From Clostridiales bacterium (GTDB taxonomy: Bacteria > Actinomycetota > Coriobacteriia > Anaerosomatales > SLCP01): a stretch of DNA of 64,000 nucleotides. The translations under genes and the position numbers were made by a program. Of the stretch, positions 35,000 to 45,066 are shown piece by piece. Under the pieces are notes generated by a model. That model worked only from the letters and a program-made list of their open reading frames with translations. It had not been told where the DNA came from and ran no database searches. The stretch's first letter is position 1; each line of letters begins with the position of its first letter. Location: positions 59,290 through 123,289 of the forward strand of contig JAGXSG010000008.1 of assembly GCA_018333995.1 (NCBI GenBank). Direction: 5' to 3'.

Positions 35000-36997
35000 G
35001 TGGCTGTTGACCGCATGCTCAAAGTGACGGTGATCGGTCATGAGAGCGTTCGGCGAACAGCGATCGATCTGCTCCAGTCCGCGGGAGTCGTGGAGATCGA
35101 GACGGCAATCGTTCCCGATGAGAGGCTCTCTTCAGCCGCACTCGACCGCGTGCGTATAAGTGAACTCGATGAGAAGGTCGCGGACGCCACGTTCGTGCGC
35201 GATCTTCTCGGCAGGTTTTATAAACGCTCCGCACCCTTCTCGACGTTTATCGCCGAGAAGGTGCACATGACGCGCGGTGAATTTGACGCGCTCGCCCCCG
35301 ATGAGGAGTTCGAGCGCGTCTATCGTGAGTGTGAGCACATTGCCGAGCGGGTAGCGACGATCGATCGCGAGCGGATACGGTTGCGCGCGCTCGCTCACGA
35401 GCTTGCGCCGTGGGAGCTGCTTTCGCTACCTATCGAGCAGTGGCGCGGAACGGTGCACACGGCCCTGTTCTGCGGCACGGTTCCGGAGTCCTCGGCCGAG
35501 GAGATCCGCCAGATGCTGCGTGACGCAAGCGAGTTCGTGAGTGTCGTTGAGGCCGGCCGGGCCGATGGGCGCGAGGCGTGGGTGGTCATCGCGCACCGGG
35601 AGGCGCTCGACGACGTGCGCGCGACCCTCGCGCACACGGAGTTCGCGGCGGTATCGTTCGCCGGCATAGCCGGGACGCCCGCGGCCGAGCGGGAGCGCGC
35701 GCTCTCGGAGGCCTCGGCACTGGACGTTGAGCTCGTCGAGGTTGAGGCGTCCGCGACGCGGCTCGCGGCGAAGTACTACACGCACGCGATGGCCCTCGTG
35801 CAGGCCCTCCTTACGCGCCGGGACGCAGAGCAGGTCATCGAGCACGTCTGCACTTCCGAGTGCGTGTTCGTCGCGAGCGGCTGGATGCCTGCGCGCGAGC
35901 GCTCGGCGCTCATCGAAGCGCTTGCGCCGGTCAGCGGTGCCGTGGATCTGGAGTTCGCCGACCCCGCACCCGATGATCGCGTACCGGTGCGGCTCCACAA
36001 CGCCGCTCTTATCCGTCCGTTTGAGGTGCTCACTGACCTCTACGGGCGTCCGCGCTACGGAGACATCGATCCCACGCCGCTGCTCGCCGGCTTTTTCTTC
36101 ATCTTCTTTGGCATGTGTATAGGCGACGTCGGATACGGAGTGATACTCGCGGTAGCCGCCTGGCTCATCAAGACGCGGCTCGATGTAGCGCCCGGTGTGC
36201 GCAAATTCATGGACCTCCTCATGCTTGGCGGCGTCGCTTCAGTGATGGTTGGTGTGGCCACACGCTCGTACTTTGCGCTCGCCGAGGAGGCCTTGCCGAC
36301 GTTTCTGCGCTACGAGCCGTTGCTGGACCCGCTGCGCGACGTCATGGTGATGCTCGTGGTGTCGGTCGCGCTGGGCGTTGTGCACATCTCGTTTGGGGTC
36401 GCCGTCAACGCGTATCGGAAAGTGAAGGCCGGAGACGTGCTCGGCGCACTCTGCGAGGACGTGACCACGCTCGCTCTCTTTGTGGCTGTCGGCGTGGTGG
36501 TGGCGTTTCCGTCTACCGCCGGGTGGCTGCTGCCGTGGTCGCTGGTAGCGGCGGTTGTGCTCAAGGGCAGGGTGATCGAGCGGGCAGTTTTTGACCGGTC
36601 TGTGGGCGGCGTCCTTCTCGGCGTGGGAAAAGGGTTGCTCGGATTGTATGGTCTCGTGGGGTACGCGTCGGACTTCCTGTCCTATACGCGTCTTGCCGCA
36701 CTCGGGCTTGCAAGCCTGCTTGTTGGCGACACGATGAACCGGCTCGCGGGCCTTGTGGTCGACGTGCCATTTGGGATCGGGATCCTTGCCGCTGTGCTGA
36801 TCCTCGTGGTGGGCCACACCTTCAACGTGGTCATCGGTCTGCTCGGCGCGTTCGTGCACCCCACCCGGTTGCAGTTCGTCGAGTTCTTCAGCAAGTTCTA
36901 CGAAGGCGGAGGACGGCCGTTTGCGCCGTTTGCTCCGCGCACCAAACAAGTGGTCTTGCACCCGGCGACGGGTGAGGCGAAAGGAGGCGTACGGTAG
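35000..36997 (+). CDS. ntpI: V/A-type ATPase subunit I (a-subunit, membrane stator)
   Basis: 665 aa: a soluble N-terminal half then ~7 TM helices, with the conserved Arg context SYTRLAALGLAS. Confidence 0.9.
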   Translation: MAVDRMLKVTVIGHESVRRTAIDLLQSAGVVEIETAIVPDERLSSAALDRVRISELDEKVADATFVRDLLGRFYKRSAPFSTFIAEKVHMTRGEFDALAPDEEFERVYRECEHIAERVATIDRERIRLRALAHELAPWELLSLPIEQWRGTVHTALFCGTVPESSAEEIRQMLRDASEFVSVVEAGRADGREAWVVIAHREALDDVRATLAHTEFAAVSFAGIAGTPAAERERALSEASALDVELVEVEASATRLAAKYYTHAMALVQALLTRRDAEQVIEHVCTSECVFVASGWMPARERSALIEALAPVSGAVDLEFADPAPDDRVPVRLHNAALIRPFEVLTDLYGRPRYGDIDPTPLLAGFFFIFFGMCIGDVGYGVILAVAAWLIKTRLDVAPGVRKFMDLLMLGGVASVMVGVATRSYFALAEEALPTFLRYEPLLDPLRDVMVMLVVSVALGVVHISFGVAVNAYRKVKAGDVLGALCEDVTTLALFVAVGVVVAFPSTAGWLLPWSLVAAVVLKGRVIERAVFDRSVGGVLLGVGKGLLGLYGLVGYASDFLSYTRLAALGLASLLVGDTMNRLAGLVVDVPFGIGILAAVLILVVGHTFNVVIGLLGAFVHPTRLQFVEFFSKFYEGGGRPFAPFAPRTKQVVLHPATGEAKGGVR

Positions 36998-37488
36998 TGG
37001 ATGAGACCATCATGGGGTTGTCCGGAATCGACTGGGCGTACTTTGGGGCGGCGCTCGCCGCGAGCGGGGGCGGTATAGGTTCCGCCATCGGCATCACCAT
37101 CGTGAGCCACGCGGCGACGGGGGTCGTTTCCGAGGATTCCGAGAAGTTCGGCCGCATCTTGCCGCTGGCGGCGATGCCGGGGACGCAGGGCATCTACGGG
37201 TTCATCACCGCGCTACTCGTCTTCATTTTCTTTGGCGTCTTCGACGGCTCGGTCGACCTCAGTGCTCACGAAGGGTTGCGCGTGTTCTTCTCGTGCCTCC
37301 CGGTTGCGCTTGTCTGTCTCGTGTCCGGCATCTACCAGGGATCGACGGCGGTTGGTTCCGCTGGGATGGTGGCGCGCCGCGACGAAGACGCCGGCAAGGC
37401 GCTCATCTTTCCCGCGCTCGTTGAGACGTACGCGGTCTTCTCGCTCATCGTCACCATCATCATGATGCTCTACGTGACCGCCGGGTAG
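36997..37488 (+). CDS. ntpK: V/A-type ATPase proteolipid subunit K (c-ring)
   Basis: 163 aa, four TM helices (duplicated hairpin). Gly-rich helices and the essential Glu in PALVETYAVF. Confidence 0.9.
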   Translation: MDETIMGLSGIDWAYFGAALAASGGGIGSAIGITIVSHAATGVVSEDSEKFGRILPLAAMPGTQGIYGFITALLVFIFFGVFDGSVDLSAHEGLRVFFSCLPVALVCLVSGIYQGSTAVGSAGMVARRDEDAGKALIFPALVETYAVFSLIVTIIMMLYVTAG

Positions 37489-37494
37489 GTTGCT

Positions 37495-38079
37495 GTGGCG
37501 CTTGCAGATATAGTGCGCCGTATCGCCGAGGACGCATCTCACGAGGCGGACACCATCGTCCGTAGCGCCGAGGAGGCCGCCGAGCGCACACGCGCGGACG
37601 CGTACGCGAAGGCGGCCGCGCAACACGAGCGCACGGTCGAGTCCGCGCGGCGAGCGGCAACAGAAGGCGCTCAGGCGCGGCTTGCGCGCGCCCGGATCAC
37701 GGCCCGGGACCGAGCGCTAGCGTCTCGTCGCGAGATGGTGGACCGGACGCTCGCGGAAACGGTCACCCGGCTCGAGTCGCTTCCCGCAGATGAGTACGCC
37801 GACTTCATCGTGCGCAAGGTCGCGGGTGTGGCGCGCGGAGGGGAGCGGTTGCTTGTGGCGGAAGCGGACGCTCATCGCCTCGTGAACGTTCTCGCCGTCG
37901 CGCTCGCTAACGCCGGCATCGAAATCGAAGAGGCTGGTACGACCGCGGCGCTTTCGAGGGGGGTCGTGCTCGAGGGTGATCGTGTGCGCGTCGAGGTCTC
38001 GCCCGCCGCGGTGGTAGCGGGTCATGCCGAGGATATGGTGTCCGTAATCGCCGCCGAGCTCTTCGATCGAGGTGAGTGA
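37495..38079 (+). CDS. ntpE: V/A-type ATPase subunit E
   Basis: Long N-terminal helix (IVRSAEEAAERTRADAYAKAAAQHE) plus a globular C-terminus. Operon position. Confidence 0.8.
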   Translation: MALADIVRRIAEDASHEADTIVRSAEEAAERTRADAYAKAAAQHERTVESARRAATEGAQARLARARITARDRALASRREMVDRTLAETVTRLESLPADEYADFIVRKVAGVARGGERLLVAEADAHRLVNVLAVALANAGIEIEEAGTTAALSRGVVLEGDRVRVEVSPAAVVAGHAEDMVSVIAAELFDRGE

Positions 38080-39136
38080 GGTGCTTTCCGGGGCCGGGAC
38101 CGGGACCGGGACCAGGACCAGTGCGGGCGCTGGCGCTGGCGTCGTCCGGATGGTGCGCGACCCAGTCAGGTACGGTTTTGCCGTGGGCCGAGTGCGCGTA
38201 CTTGAGACGCGAATGCTCTCGTCGGCAACGTACGAGCGCCTCATCGACGCGCGCGACATCACGAGCCAGCGTCGAATCTTGAGCGAGACGGTCTACGGCG
38301 GCTTTCTCGAGCGTGCGAACAACGCCGAGGGCGTCGAGCGAGGGCTCGAGGCGGCCGTCACTGAACTGTACGAGAGCTTCCTGTGCCGCTCGCATCTACC
38401 CGAGGAGGTCGTGGCCTACTTCCGTATCCGCCACGATTTCGACAATCTCAAGGGCCGCCTCAAGGCGGAATCCTTGGGCGTGGATGTGTCCGGCATGCTC
38501 ACTCGGCTTGGCTCCAAACCGCCCGATGTCTTCACCGGATCCGCCGAGCTGCTCTCCGGCCCGCTCAGGTTGGCTGAGTCCCGCATCCGTGCCGCAGCCA
38601 CCGGCGAAGACGGCGCACTCGCACCAGGGCGCATCGATGACATGATCGACGCCGAACTATTCTCAGAGCTAGGGAGGATCGCGAAGCGCGTGAGGAATCC
38701 GTTTCTCAACGACCTTCTCGCCCTCGAAGCCGATCTCGCCAACGTGCGGGTCATCCTGCGTGCGCGGGTACGCGCGGCGCCAGCGGCGTATGCCGAGGAG
38801 CGCTTGGTGCCTGGGGGCCGGATCCCGGTTTCCGCGCTTGTGGCCGCGCATCGCTTGCCGCTTGAGGACGTCGCGCGGCGCCTGACTTCCGCTGGGCCGC
38901 TTAGAGGAATGGACCCTGAGGCCGTCATCGACATCGAGCGATTCGATGTCGCCGCGAGCGCCCTGCTTGCGCGCAAGGTGCGCACAAGCCGCATGTTCGC
39001 GATCGGCCCTGAGCCGGTGCTTGGCTACGTGATGTCCCGGCTTGCCGAGGTGACCGCGGTACGCACGTTACTCCTAGGCTCCCTCGCCGGTGTTGACCGG
39101 AACGCGCTGAGAGCGCGACTTCAGGATGTGATGTGA
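38072..39136 (+). CDS. ntpC: V/A-type ATPase subunit C (eukaryotic d homologue)
   Basis: About 330-aa helical protein at the C position. YGFAVGRVRVLETRML is typical of the N-terminus, so the true start may be ATG 38150. That would leave the GGGACC repeat untranslated. Confidence 0.82.
   Translation: MSEVLSGAGTGTGTRTSAGAGAGVVRMVRDPVRYGFAVGRVRVLETRMLSSATYERLIDARDITSQRRILSETVYGGFLERANNAEGVERGLEAAVTELYESFLCRSHLPEEVVAYFRIRHDFDNLKGRLKAESLGVDVSGMLTRLGSKPPDVFTGSAELLSGPLRLAESRIRAAATGEDGALAPGRIDDMIDAELFSELGRIAKRVRNPFLNDLLALEADLANVRVILRARVRAAPAAYAEERLVPGGRIPVSALVAAHRLPLEDVARRLTSAGPLRGMDPEAVIDIERFDVAASALLARKVRTSRMFAIGPEPVLGYVMSRLAEVTAVRTLLLGSLAGVDRNALRARLQDVM
38090..38119 (+). repeat. hexanucleotide microsatellite (GGGACC)n, 3 perfect plus 2 variant units
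   Basis: GGGGCC GGGACC GGGACC GGGACC AGGACC, followed by GCTGGC x2. Lies at the ntpE/ntpC junction. Confidence 0.7.
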
Positions 39137-39137
39137 G

Positions 39138-39470
39138 ATGAGCGCGCGCACCATTGCCATCGTGGGTGACGAGGCGACCGTAACTGGTTTTCGGCCCTTG
39201 GGGTTTGCGGTCTTCCCGCTTGCCGTCCCCGCGGCGGCTCGGCAGCTGTGGCCTGAGCTCACCAGCGGCCACTACGCTGTCGTGCTCATCACCGAGGCGG
39301 TCTACGAACAGATTGCCGAACTCGTCTCGGCGCGCTCCGAGCAGCCGCTACCGGCGATCACGATCATACCGGGTGCAGGGAGCGCGGGCGGTGCCGGAGA
39401 AGCGAGGATCAGTGCCGCGATCGAGCGTGCGCTCGGTGCCGCCGTCACCATCGGAGCAGAGGACAGGTAG
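39138..39470 (+). CDS. V/A-type ATPase subunit F
   Basis: 110 aa. IAIVGDEATVTGFRPLGF is the canonical subunit-F N-terminus. Confidence 0.85.
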   Translation: MSARTIAIVGDEATVTGFRPLGFAVFPLAVPAAARQLWPELTSGHYAVVLITEAVYEQIAELVSARSEQPLPAITIIPGAGSAGGAGEARISAAIERALGAAVTIGAEDR

Positions 39471-41282
39471 ATGACACAGATCGAACAGGGACGCATCGTC
39501 AAAGTCGCGGGTCCGCTTGTGGTGGCGGAGGGGCTCGCGAGGTCCCGGATGTACGGCCTCGTTCGCGTCGGGGCCGAGGGGCTCATGGGCGAGATCATCG
39601 AGATGCGCGGAGAGTTGTGTTCGGTGCAGGTGTACGAGGAGACCGAGGGTCTTGGACCGGGGGATCCGGTGATCTCGACAGGCGCGCCGCTCTCCGTCGA
39701 GCTTGGGCCCGGCATGATGGGCGCGGTCTACGACGGCGTGCAGCGCCCTCTCGATGTGCTCGAACGGATGGCAGGCGCGTTCTTGGCTCGTGGAATTAGC
39801 GCGCCGGGGCTTGATCGAGATAGGCGCTGGACGTTTCACGCACTGGCGCGAGCTGGTGAGCACCTTGAGGCTGGCGACATCATCGGAGTCGTTCAGGAAA
39901 ACAACGTCATCTCGCAACGCATCATGGTGCCGCCGACCGTCAACGGACGACTCGAGCACCTCGAGAGCGGAACTTACACCGTCACTGACCCGGTGGGCCG
40001 CCTGATCGCCGATGACGGCACCCCCCACGAACTTCTGCTGATGCAGACGTGGCCCGTGCGCGTGCCCCGTCCGTACCGTCGCAAGATCTCGCTCAGCGAG
40101 CCGCTCGTGACCGGGACGCGCATCATAGACACGTTTTTCCCGCTGCTCAAAGGAGGTGTCGCCTGCATTCCGGGCCCCTTCGGCGCGGGCAAGACCGTCA
40201 CCCAGCACCAGATCGCCAAGTGGTCGAACGCTGATATCGTCATCTTCATCGGGTGCGGGGAGCGCGGTAACGAGATGACCGACGTCCTCAAAGAGTTCCC
40301 GGAACTCAACGACCCTTACTCTGGCGAGCCGCTGATGCGCCGTACCGTGCTCATCGCCAACACGTCGAACATGCCGGTCGCGGCGCGTGAAGCGAGCGTC
40401 TACACCGGCATCACGATGGCCGAGTACTTCCGTGACATGGGCTACAGCGTCGTGCTTCAGGCGGACTCCACCTCGCGCTGGGCCGAGGCGATGCGCGAGA
40501 TCTCCGGCCGCCTCGAGGAGATGCCCGGTGAAGAAGGGTTCCCTGCGTACCTCGGCACCAGATTGGCGGCGTTTTACGAACGAGCGGGCAACGTCGTGGC
40601 ACTCGGACGGCCGATCGAAGACGACGGCGCGAACGGCGCCGGTCACGGCGAACGCGCCGGATCGGTGTCGATTGTAGGGTCGGTGTCACCGCCAGGAGGC
40701 GATCTCTCCGAGCCGGTCGTGCAGAACACCTTGCGCGTGGTGAAAGTCTTCTGGGCGCTGGAGGACAGGCTCGCCTATGAGCGGCACTTCCCGTCGATTA
40801 ACTGGCTCGTGAGTTACTCGCTGTACCTCGACAAGATTGAGGGCTACTGGCGCGAATACGTGAGCGAGGCGTACCGCCGACGGCGCGATCGGTGCATGGA
40901 GCTATTGCAGCGCGAGAGCGAACTTGCTGAGATCGCTCGGCTCGTGGGCGTCGAGGCGCTCTCGGCCGAAGAGCAGATCATCATCGAGAGCGCGAAGTCG
41001 ATCCGGGAGGATTTTCTCCAGCAAAACGCGTTTCGCGACGACGATCAGTTCACATCGCTTGCCAAGCAAGACCGCTTGCTCAAGCTGATCTTGCACTTCC
41101 ACGATACCGCGCTGGAGTCGTGGCGGTGCGGCGCGGGACTCAAGGAACTGTTCTCGGTGCCCGTGCGGGAACGCATTGGCCGTGCAAAGTATCTGGCCGA
41201 GGAACAAACCGGTGAGTTTGCCCTGATCGAGGACGAGATCAAGACGCAGCTTCTGGCGTTATGCCGTAAGGAGAGGGATTAG
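39471..41282 (+). CDS. ntpA: V/A-type ATPase catalytic subunit A
   Basis: Walker A GPFGAGKT(V), the non-homologous insert typical of A subunits, PSINW motif. Confidence 0.96.
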   Translation: MTQIEQGRIVKVAGPLVVAEGLARSRMYGLVRVGAEGLMGEIIEMRGELCSVQVYEETEGLGPGDPVISTGAPLSVELGPGMMGAVYDGVQRPLDVLERMAGAFLARGISAPGLDRDRRWTFHALARAGEHLEAGDIIGVVQENNVISQRIMVPPTVNGRLEHLESGTYTVTDPVGRLIADDGTPHELLLMQTWPVRVPRPYRRKISLSEPLVTGTRIIDTFFPLLKGGVACIPGPFGAGKTVTQHQIAKWSNADIVIFIGCGERGNEMTDVLKEFPELNDPYSGEPLMRRTVLIANTSNMPVAAREASVYTGITMAEYFRDMGYSVVLQADSTSRWAEAMREISGRLEEMPGEEGFPAYLGTRLAAFYERAGNVVALGRPIEDDGANGAGHGERAGSVSIVGSVSPPGGDLSEPVVQNTLRVVKVFWALEDRLAYERHFPSINWLVSYSLYLDKIEGYWREYVSEAYRRRRDRCMELLQRESELAEIARLVGVEALSAEEQIIIESAKSIREDFLQQNAFRDDDQFTSLAKQDRLLKLILHFHDTALESWRCGAGLKELFSVPVRERIGRAKYLAEEQTGEFALIEDEIKTQLLALCRKERD

Positions 41283-41283
41283 G

Positions 41284-42696
41284 GTGGAGCGGGAGTATAG
41301 GACCACGCGCGACATCGTCGGGCCGCTGCTCTTAGTCGAGGGCGTCACGGGCGTTACCTACGGTGAGCTTGTTGAACTTGAGTTTCCCGATGGCACACGC
41401 ACTCTCGGCAATGTGCTCGAGGTGAATCGGGATGTAGCGCTCGTACAGTCGTTCCAGGGAACGCGCGGATCGAACCCTCTGGAGACGATTGTGCGATTCC
41501 TGGGCAGGGGCATGACCCTCGGCGTGTCGCGCGACATGCTCGGACGCGTCTTCGATGGCCTTGGGCGTCCGCGCGACGGCGGTCCGGAGATACTTCCTGA
41601 GGCGCGCCTCTCGATCCATGGCTCGCCGATCAACCCCACCGCTCGCGACTTTCCCGACGATTTCATCCAGACAGGTATCTCATCGGTAGACGGCTTGAAC
41701 CCGCTCGTGCGCGGGCAGAAGCTGCCGATCTTTTCGGGCGCCGGACTTCCGCACAACCAGCTTGCCGCGCAGATCGCGCGCCAGGCCGCTGTTGCTGGCG
41801 AGGAGGCGGGAGCGTTTGCTGTGGTGTTCGCAGCGATGGGAGTTACATTTGAGGACGCGGACTTCTTCATGAGCGAGCTGCGGCAGACCGCAGCAATCGA
41901 ACGAGCGGTTCTCTTTCTCAACCTTGCCGATGATCCCGCAGTTGAACGAATCGCCACCCCGCGCATGGCGCTGACTGCCGCCGAGTACCTTGCGTTCGAG
42001 TGTGACATGCACGTGCTCGTGATCTACACCGACATGACGTACTACTGCGAAGCGTTGCGAGAGGTCTCGGCGGCACGCAAAGAGGTTCCGGGCCGTCGAG
42101 GGTACCCGGGCTACCTCTACACAGACCTCGCAACACTCTACGAGCGGGCGGGGCGCATCAAGGGCAAGGCGGGCTCGATCACTCAGATACCCATCTTGAC
42201 CATGCCCGAGGACGACAAGACCCATCCCATTCCTGACCTGACCGGTTACATCACCGAGGGCCAGATCATTCTCGACCGCAACCTGCACCGACGTGGCGTG
42301 TATCCGCCGGTCGCTGTCTTGCCTTCGCTCTCGCGCTTGAAGCAGAAGGGCATTGGGGCGGGCAAGACACGCGATGATCACGCCGACCTTTCTAATCAGC
42401 TCTTTGGAGCCTATGCTCGCGGAATCCAGGCGAAGGAGCTCGCGGTCATCCTCGGTGAGGCCTCTCTGTCCGAGTCCGACAAGGCGTTCTCGGCGTTCGC
42501 GAACGCGTTTGAGGACCGCTTCATCCGTCAGGGTGGACACGAGAACCGCACTATCGAGCGCACGCTCGAGATAGGCTGGCAGCTTGCGACGCTGCTGCCT
42601 CGCGGTGAGCTTAAGCGCATCAAGGACGAGTACATCGATCAGTATCTGCCGGCGATGGAGGCCGTAGCGGTTGAGGCGGCGATGGACGCGTCGTGA
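41284..42696 (+). CDS. ntpB: V/A-type ATPase subunit B
   Basis: Conserved blocks [15 protein letters not shown] and [22 protein letters not shown]. Confidence 0.96.
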   Translation: MEREYRTTRDIVGPLLLVEGVTGVTYGELVELEFPDGTRTLGNVLEVNRDVALVQSFQGTRGSNPLETIVRFLGRGMTLGVSRDMLGRVFDGLGRPRDGGPEILPEARLSIHGSPINPTARDFPDDFIQTGISSVDGLNPLVRGQKLPIFSGAGLPHNQLAAQIARQAAVAGEEAGAFAVVFAAMGVTFEDADFFMSELRQTAAIERAVLFLNLADDPAVERIATPRMALTAAEYLAFECDMHVLVIYTDMTYYCEALREVSAARKEVPGRRGYPGYLYTDLATLYERAGRIKGKAGSITQIPILTMPEDDKTHPIPDLTGYITEGQIILDRNLHRRGVYPPVAVLPSLSRLKQKGIGAGKTRDDHADLSNQLFGAYARGIQAKELAVILGEASLSESDKAFSAFANAFEDRFIRQGGHENRTIERTLEIGWQLATLLPRGELKRIKDEYIDQYLPAMEAVAVEAAMDAS

Positions 42697-42878
42697 CGGT
42701 GATGTGGACAGCGGTGCTGGTGCTGGTGGCGGTGTTCATTGTGCTGCAGGTCGCGGGCGCCCGCGCTCTGCGGTCATGGGGAGTTTCGCCCTCGCCGGCC
42801 GTACAGGTTTTGCGGGTCTTGAACGTCGTCGCTCTCGTTGCGGTCGTCGTGTTCGCGTACTGGAAGCAGGCGAGCTGA
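42693..42878 (+). CDS. 61-codon ORF encoding a predicted two-TM micro-protein between ntpB and ntpD
   Basis: GTG 42693 overlaps the ntpB stop. Its TGA (42876-42878) is 1 nt before the ntpD ATG at 42880. Two hydrophobic helices: [16 protein letters not shown] and [16 protein letters not shown]. No homology is recognisable by eye. Confidence 0.4.
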   Translation: MTVMWTAVLVLVAVFIVLQVAGARALRSWGVSPSPAVQVLRVLNVVALVAVVVFAYWKQAS

Positions 42879-42879
42879 A

Positions 42880-43551
42880 ATGGCCCAGCTCCGGGTGAAT
42901 CCTAATCGGATGGAGCTCATGAGGCTCCGCCGCCGCCGCCAAGTGGCCCAGCGCGGTCACAAGTTGCTCAAAGACAAACTCGATGAGCTCATGAAGGAGT
43001 TCCTCTCCCGTATCGGTGAGGTGCGGACATTGCGCGCTCTCGTGGAGCGTGAGCTTTCGGCAGCGTACGGAATCCTCGCGCTCGCCCGAGGTGGCGCGGG
43101 GCGGACGACATTCGCTGGCGCGCTCGCGAGTGGTAGCCCAACAGGCCTCATCAACGTCACCGAGCGTGCCGTCATGGGTGTAAGGATTCCGCTGTTCAAC
43201 ATGGGTGCGTTGCCGAGGCCTGGCGGCTACTCCCTGGCGACCACTCCGGTGCTCATGGATACGGCGCTCAGCGCGCTTGCGGGCGTGGCGCCTCGGCTGG
43301 TGGAGTTGGCCGAGAAGGAGAAGGCGATAGAGCTGCTCGCCGCCGAGATCGAGCGCACCCGGCGCCGCGTCAACGCGATCGAACACGTGCTCATTCCTCG
43401 GCTGGACGAGGACATCCGAGGCATCGGCATGAGACTTGATGAGGTCGAGCGCGCTAATCTCGTTAGGCTCATGAAAGTCAAGGAGATCATTGAGGCGCAG
43501 GGCCGACGTGATTCCGCCACACAGCGGCCGCCATCGGCGGGCGGGGTATAA
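42880..43551 (+). CDS. ntpD: V/A-type ATPase central-stalk subunit D
   Basis: MAQLRVNPNRMELMRLRRR...GHKLLKDK is the canonical subunit-D N-terminus. Confidence 0.9.
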   Translation: MAQLRVNPNRMELMRLRRRRQVAQRGHKLLKDKLDELMKEFLSRIGEVRTLRALVERELSAAYGILALARGGAGRTTFAGALASGSPTGLINVTERAVMGVRIPLFNMGALPRPGGYSLATTPVLMDTALSALAGVAPRLVELAEKEKAIELLAAEIERTRRRVNAIEHVLIPRLDEDIRGIGMRLDEVERANLVRLMKVKEIIEAQGRRDSATQRPPSAGGV

Positions 43552-43670
43552 AGCTCGACGGGCGTGGGGCCGATAAATGGGATGTCAGGGATACTACGAG
43601 CCTCCTGACGACAAGAAGACGGCCCCGACTCGTCGGCGCCCCTCCAACGTGAGGGACCGTCTTCACCACC

Positions 43671-43701
43671 GGGTCCCGGCGTGAGACGATCGCCGGGACC
43701 C
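43671..43701. terminator. 11-bp GC hairpin between convergent ntpD and pmbA
   Basis: GGGTCCCGGCG-TGAGACGAT-CGCCGGGACCC. No U-tract. Confidence 0.4.
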
Positions 43702-43725
43702 GCGTGCATCAGCCAAGCATCCCCT

Positions 43726-45066
43726 TCATCCGGTTTGGCCGGTGAATGTCCATCCGTCGATGAGCAGTCCGGGTACGCATGCGCATCCAAGCATAATCTT
43801 GTACCGGTGGAGGCCCGAAGCCACTCCCTTTACCTGGCCGAGCGCCTCGATCGCGCTTTGGGTGAAACGAAGGTTCTTCAGAGGCGCGGTCAGCGCTCCG
43901 TTCTCGATGAGGAACGTGCCATCACGCGTCATCCCGGTGAGTGTCACCGGGACGGGGTCTTCGATGTTCACATAGTGGAACCGTGTCACATAGACACCGC
44001 GCTCCACGCGCGCGATGAGCGCGTCAAGTGACACGTCTCCGGGACGCATCCTCATGTCGAGCGGCAACGGTCCAAGGGAGTTGGGGGCGGGAAGGGCGTG
44101 ACCGGTGTTGTGCGACCCCATGCGCGCAGCCCAGTAGGAGTCTGTGACAGGAGTCATGGCGACGCCATCGCCGATCAACGTCACTCGATGACGGGGCTGC
44201 CCTTCGAAGTCGAAGGGTATGCCGCATGATCCGGGGGCGTGCGCGTCGTCTTCGATCGTGATCGCGCGGCTCACGATCGTCTCCCCGAGCCGCCCGCTCA
44301 TAAACGACCGGCCTTCACTGTACGATCTTGCAGAGAAGCCAGCGTAACCCAGGAAGTCGACGATATCGGCGACCGCCTCTGGCGCCAGCACGACGGTGTA
44401 CGCGCCGGGCTCAAGGTCGATCGGGTTCGCGCCGCGTAGTGCAAGCGTGGCCGCTTCGTCACCGATCGCAACAGCGTCGAAACCTTCGATGTCCGCGCCG
44501 TAGTAGGACGCCCATCCGGTGCCGGCGGCCGGGCCAGATGAGAGCACGGTCGCACGCAATGTCGCGACCGTAGCACACGCCATGACTCCGAGAGAGTTGG
44601 CGACAGCCACGGTGTCGATCGACGTCTCTATCCCGTCGGCGGCTTCGAGACCACGCGCGCGCGACTGCTCGACGATCGACAGGATCGCATCCGCACGCTC
44701 ATCCGGGTCGAGCATGAGCCCGGGCTCGCGTACGTCCGCCGCGCCTGATTCGCCCGGACCGGGCAAGTTGGTGAAGTCCGGATCTGGCGGAGAGACTCGC
44801 GCGGCCGCGACCGCGGAGGCGGCGCACTCGCGCAAGGACCGCTCATCGAGCAGGTTGGTGGATGCGCTCCCTGTGCGCGATCCCACGATCGCACGGATTG
44901 AGACCTTCGTGTCGAATTCAGCGACGTTTTGATGGATACGGTTGCCCGCGAAACGAGTGAGAGCCGAATCCTTGGATACGACTACGGCCTCGGCCGCGTC
45001 GGCATCAACATACTGTGTGCTCTTCAACGCCAGTTCCTGAGCGGCGACGCAGGGCTTTGCTCTCAT
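43726..45066 (-). CDS. pmbA: PmbA/TldE-family protein (non-catalytic partner of TldD)
   Basis: TldD/PmbA fold without the HExxxH motif. ATG 45066 overlaps the tldD stop (ATGA). The ORF-track start at 45195 is rejected. Confidence 0.87.
   Translation of the reverse strand: MRAKPCVAAQELALKSTQYVDADAAEAVVVSKDSALTRFAGNRIHQNVAEFDTKVSIRAIVGSRTGSASTNLLDERSLRECAASAVAAARVSPPDPDFTNLPGPGESGAADVREPGLMLDPDERADAILSIVEQSRARGLEAADGIETSIDTVAVANSLGVMACATVATLRATVLSSGPAAGTGWASYYGADIEGFDAVAIGDEAATLALRGANPIDLEPGAYTVVLAPEAVADIVDFLGYAGFSARSYSEGRSFMSGRLGETIVSRAITIEDDAHAPGSCGIPFDFEGQPRHRVTLIGDGVAMTPVTDSYWAARMGSHNTGHALPAPNSLGPLPLDMRMRPGDVSLDALIARVERGVYVTRFHYVNIEDPVPVTLTGMTRDGTFLIENGALTAPLKNLRFTQSAIEALGQVKGVASGLHRYKIMLGCACVPGLLIDGWTFTGQTG

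Noticed and set aside
39348-42540. Long minus-strand ORFs (39348-40646, 41358-42008, 41680-42540) opposite ntpA and ntpB
   Set aside because: They are antisense to highly conserved ATPase genes. Composition is Arg/Ala/His-rich with no start-site signals. Shadow ORFs.
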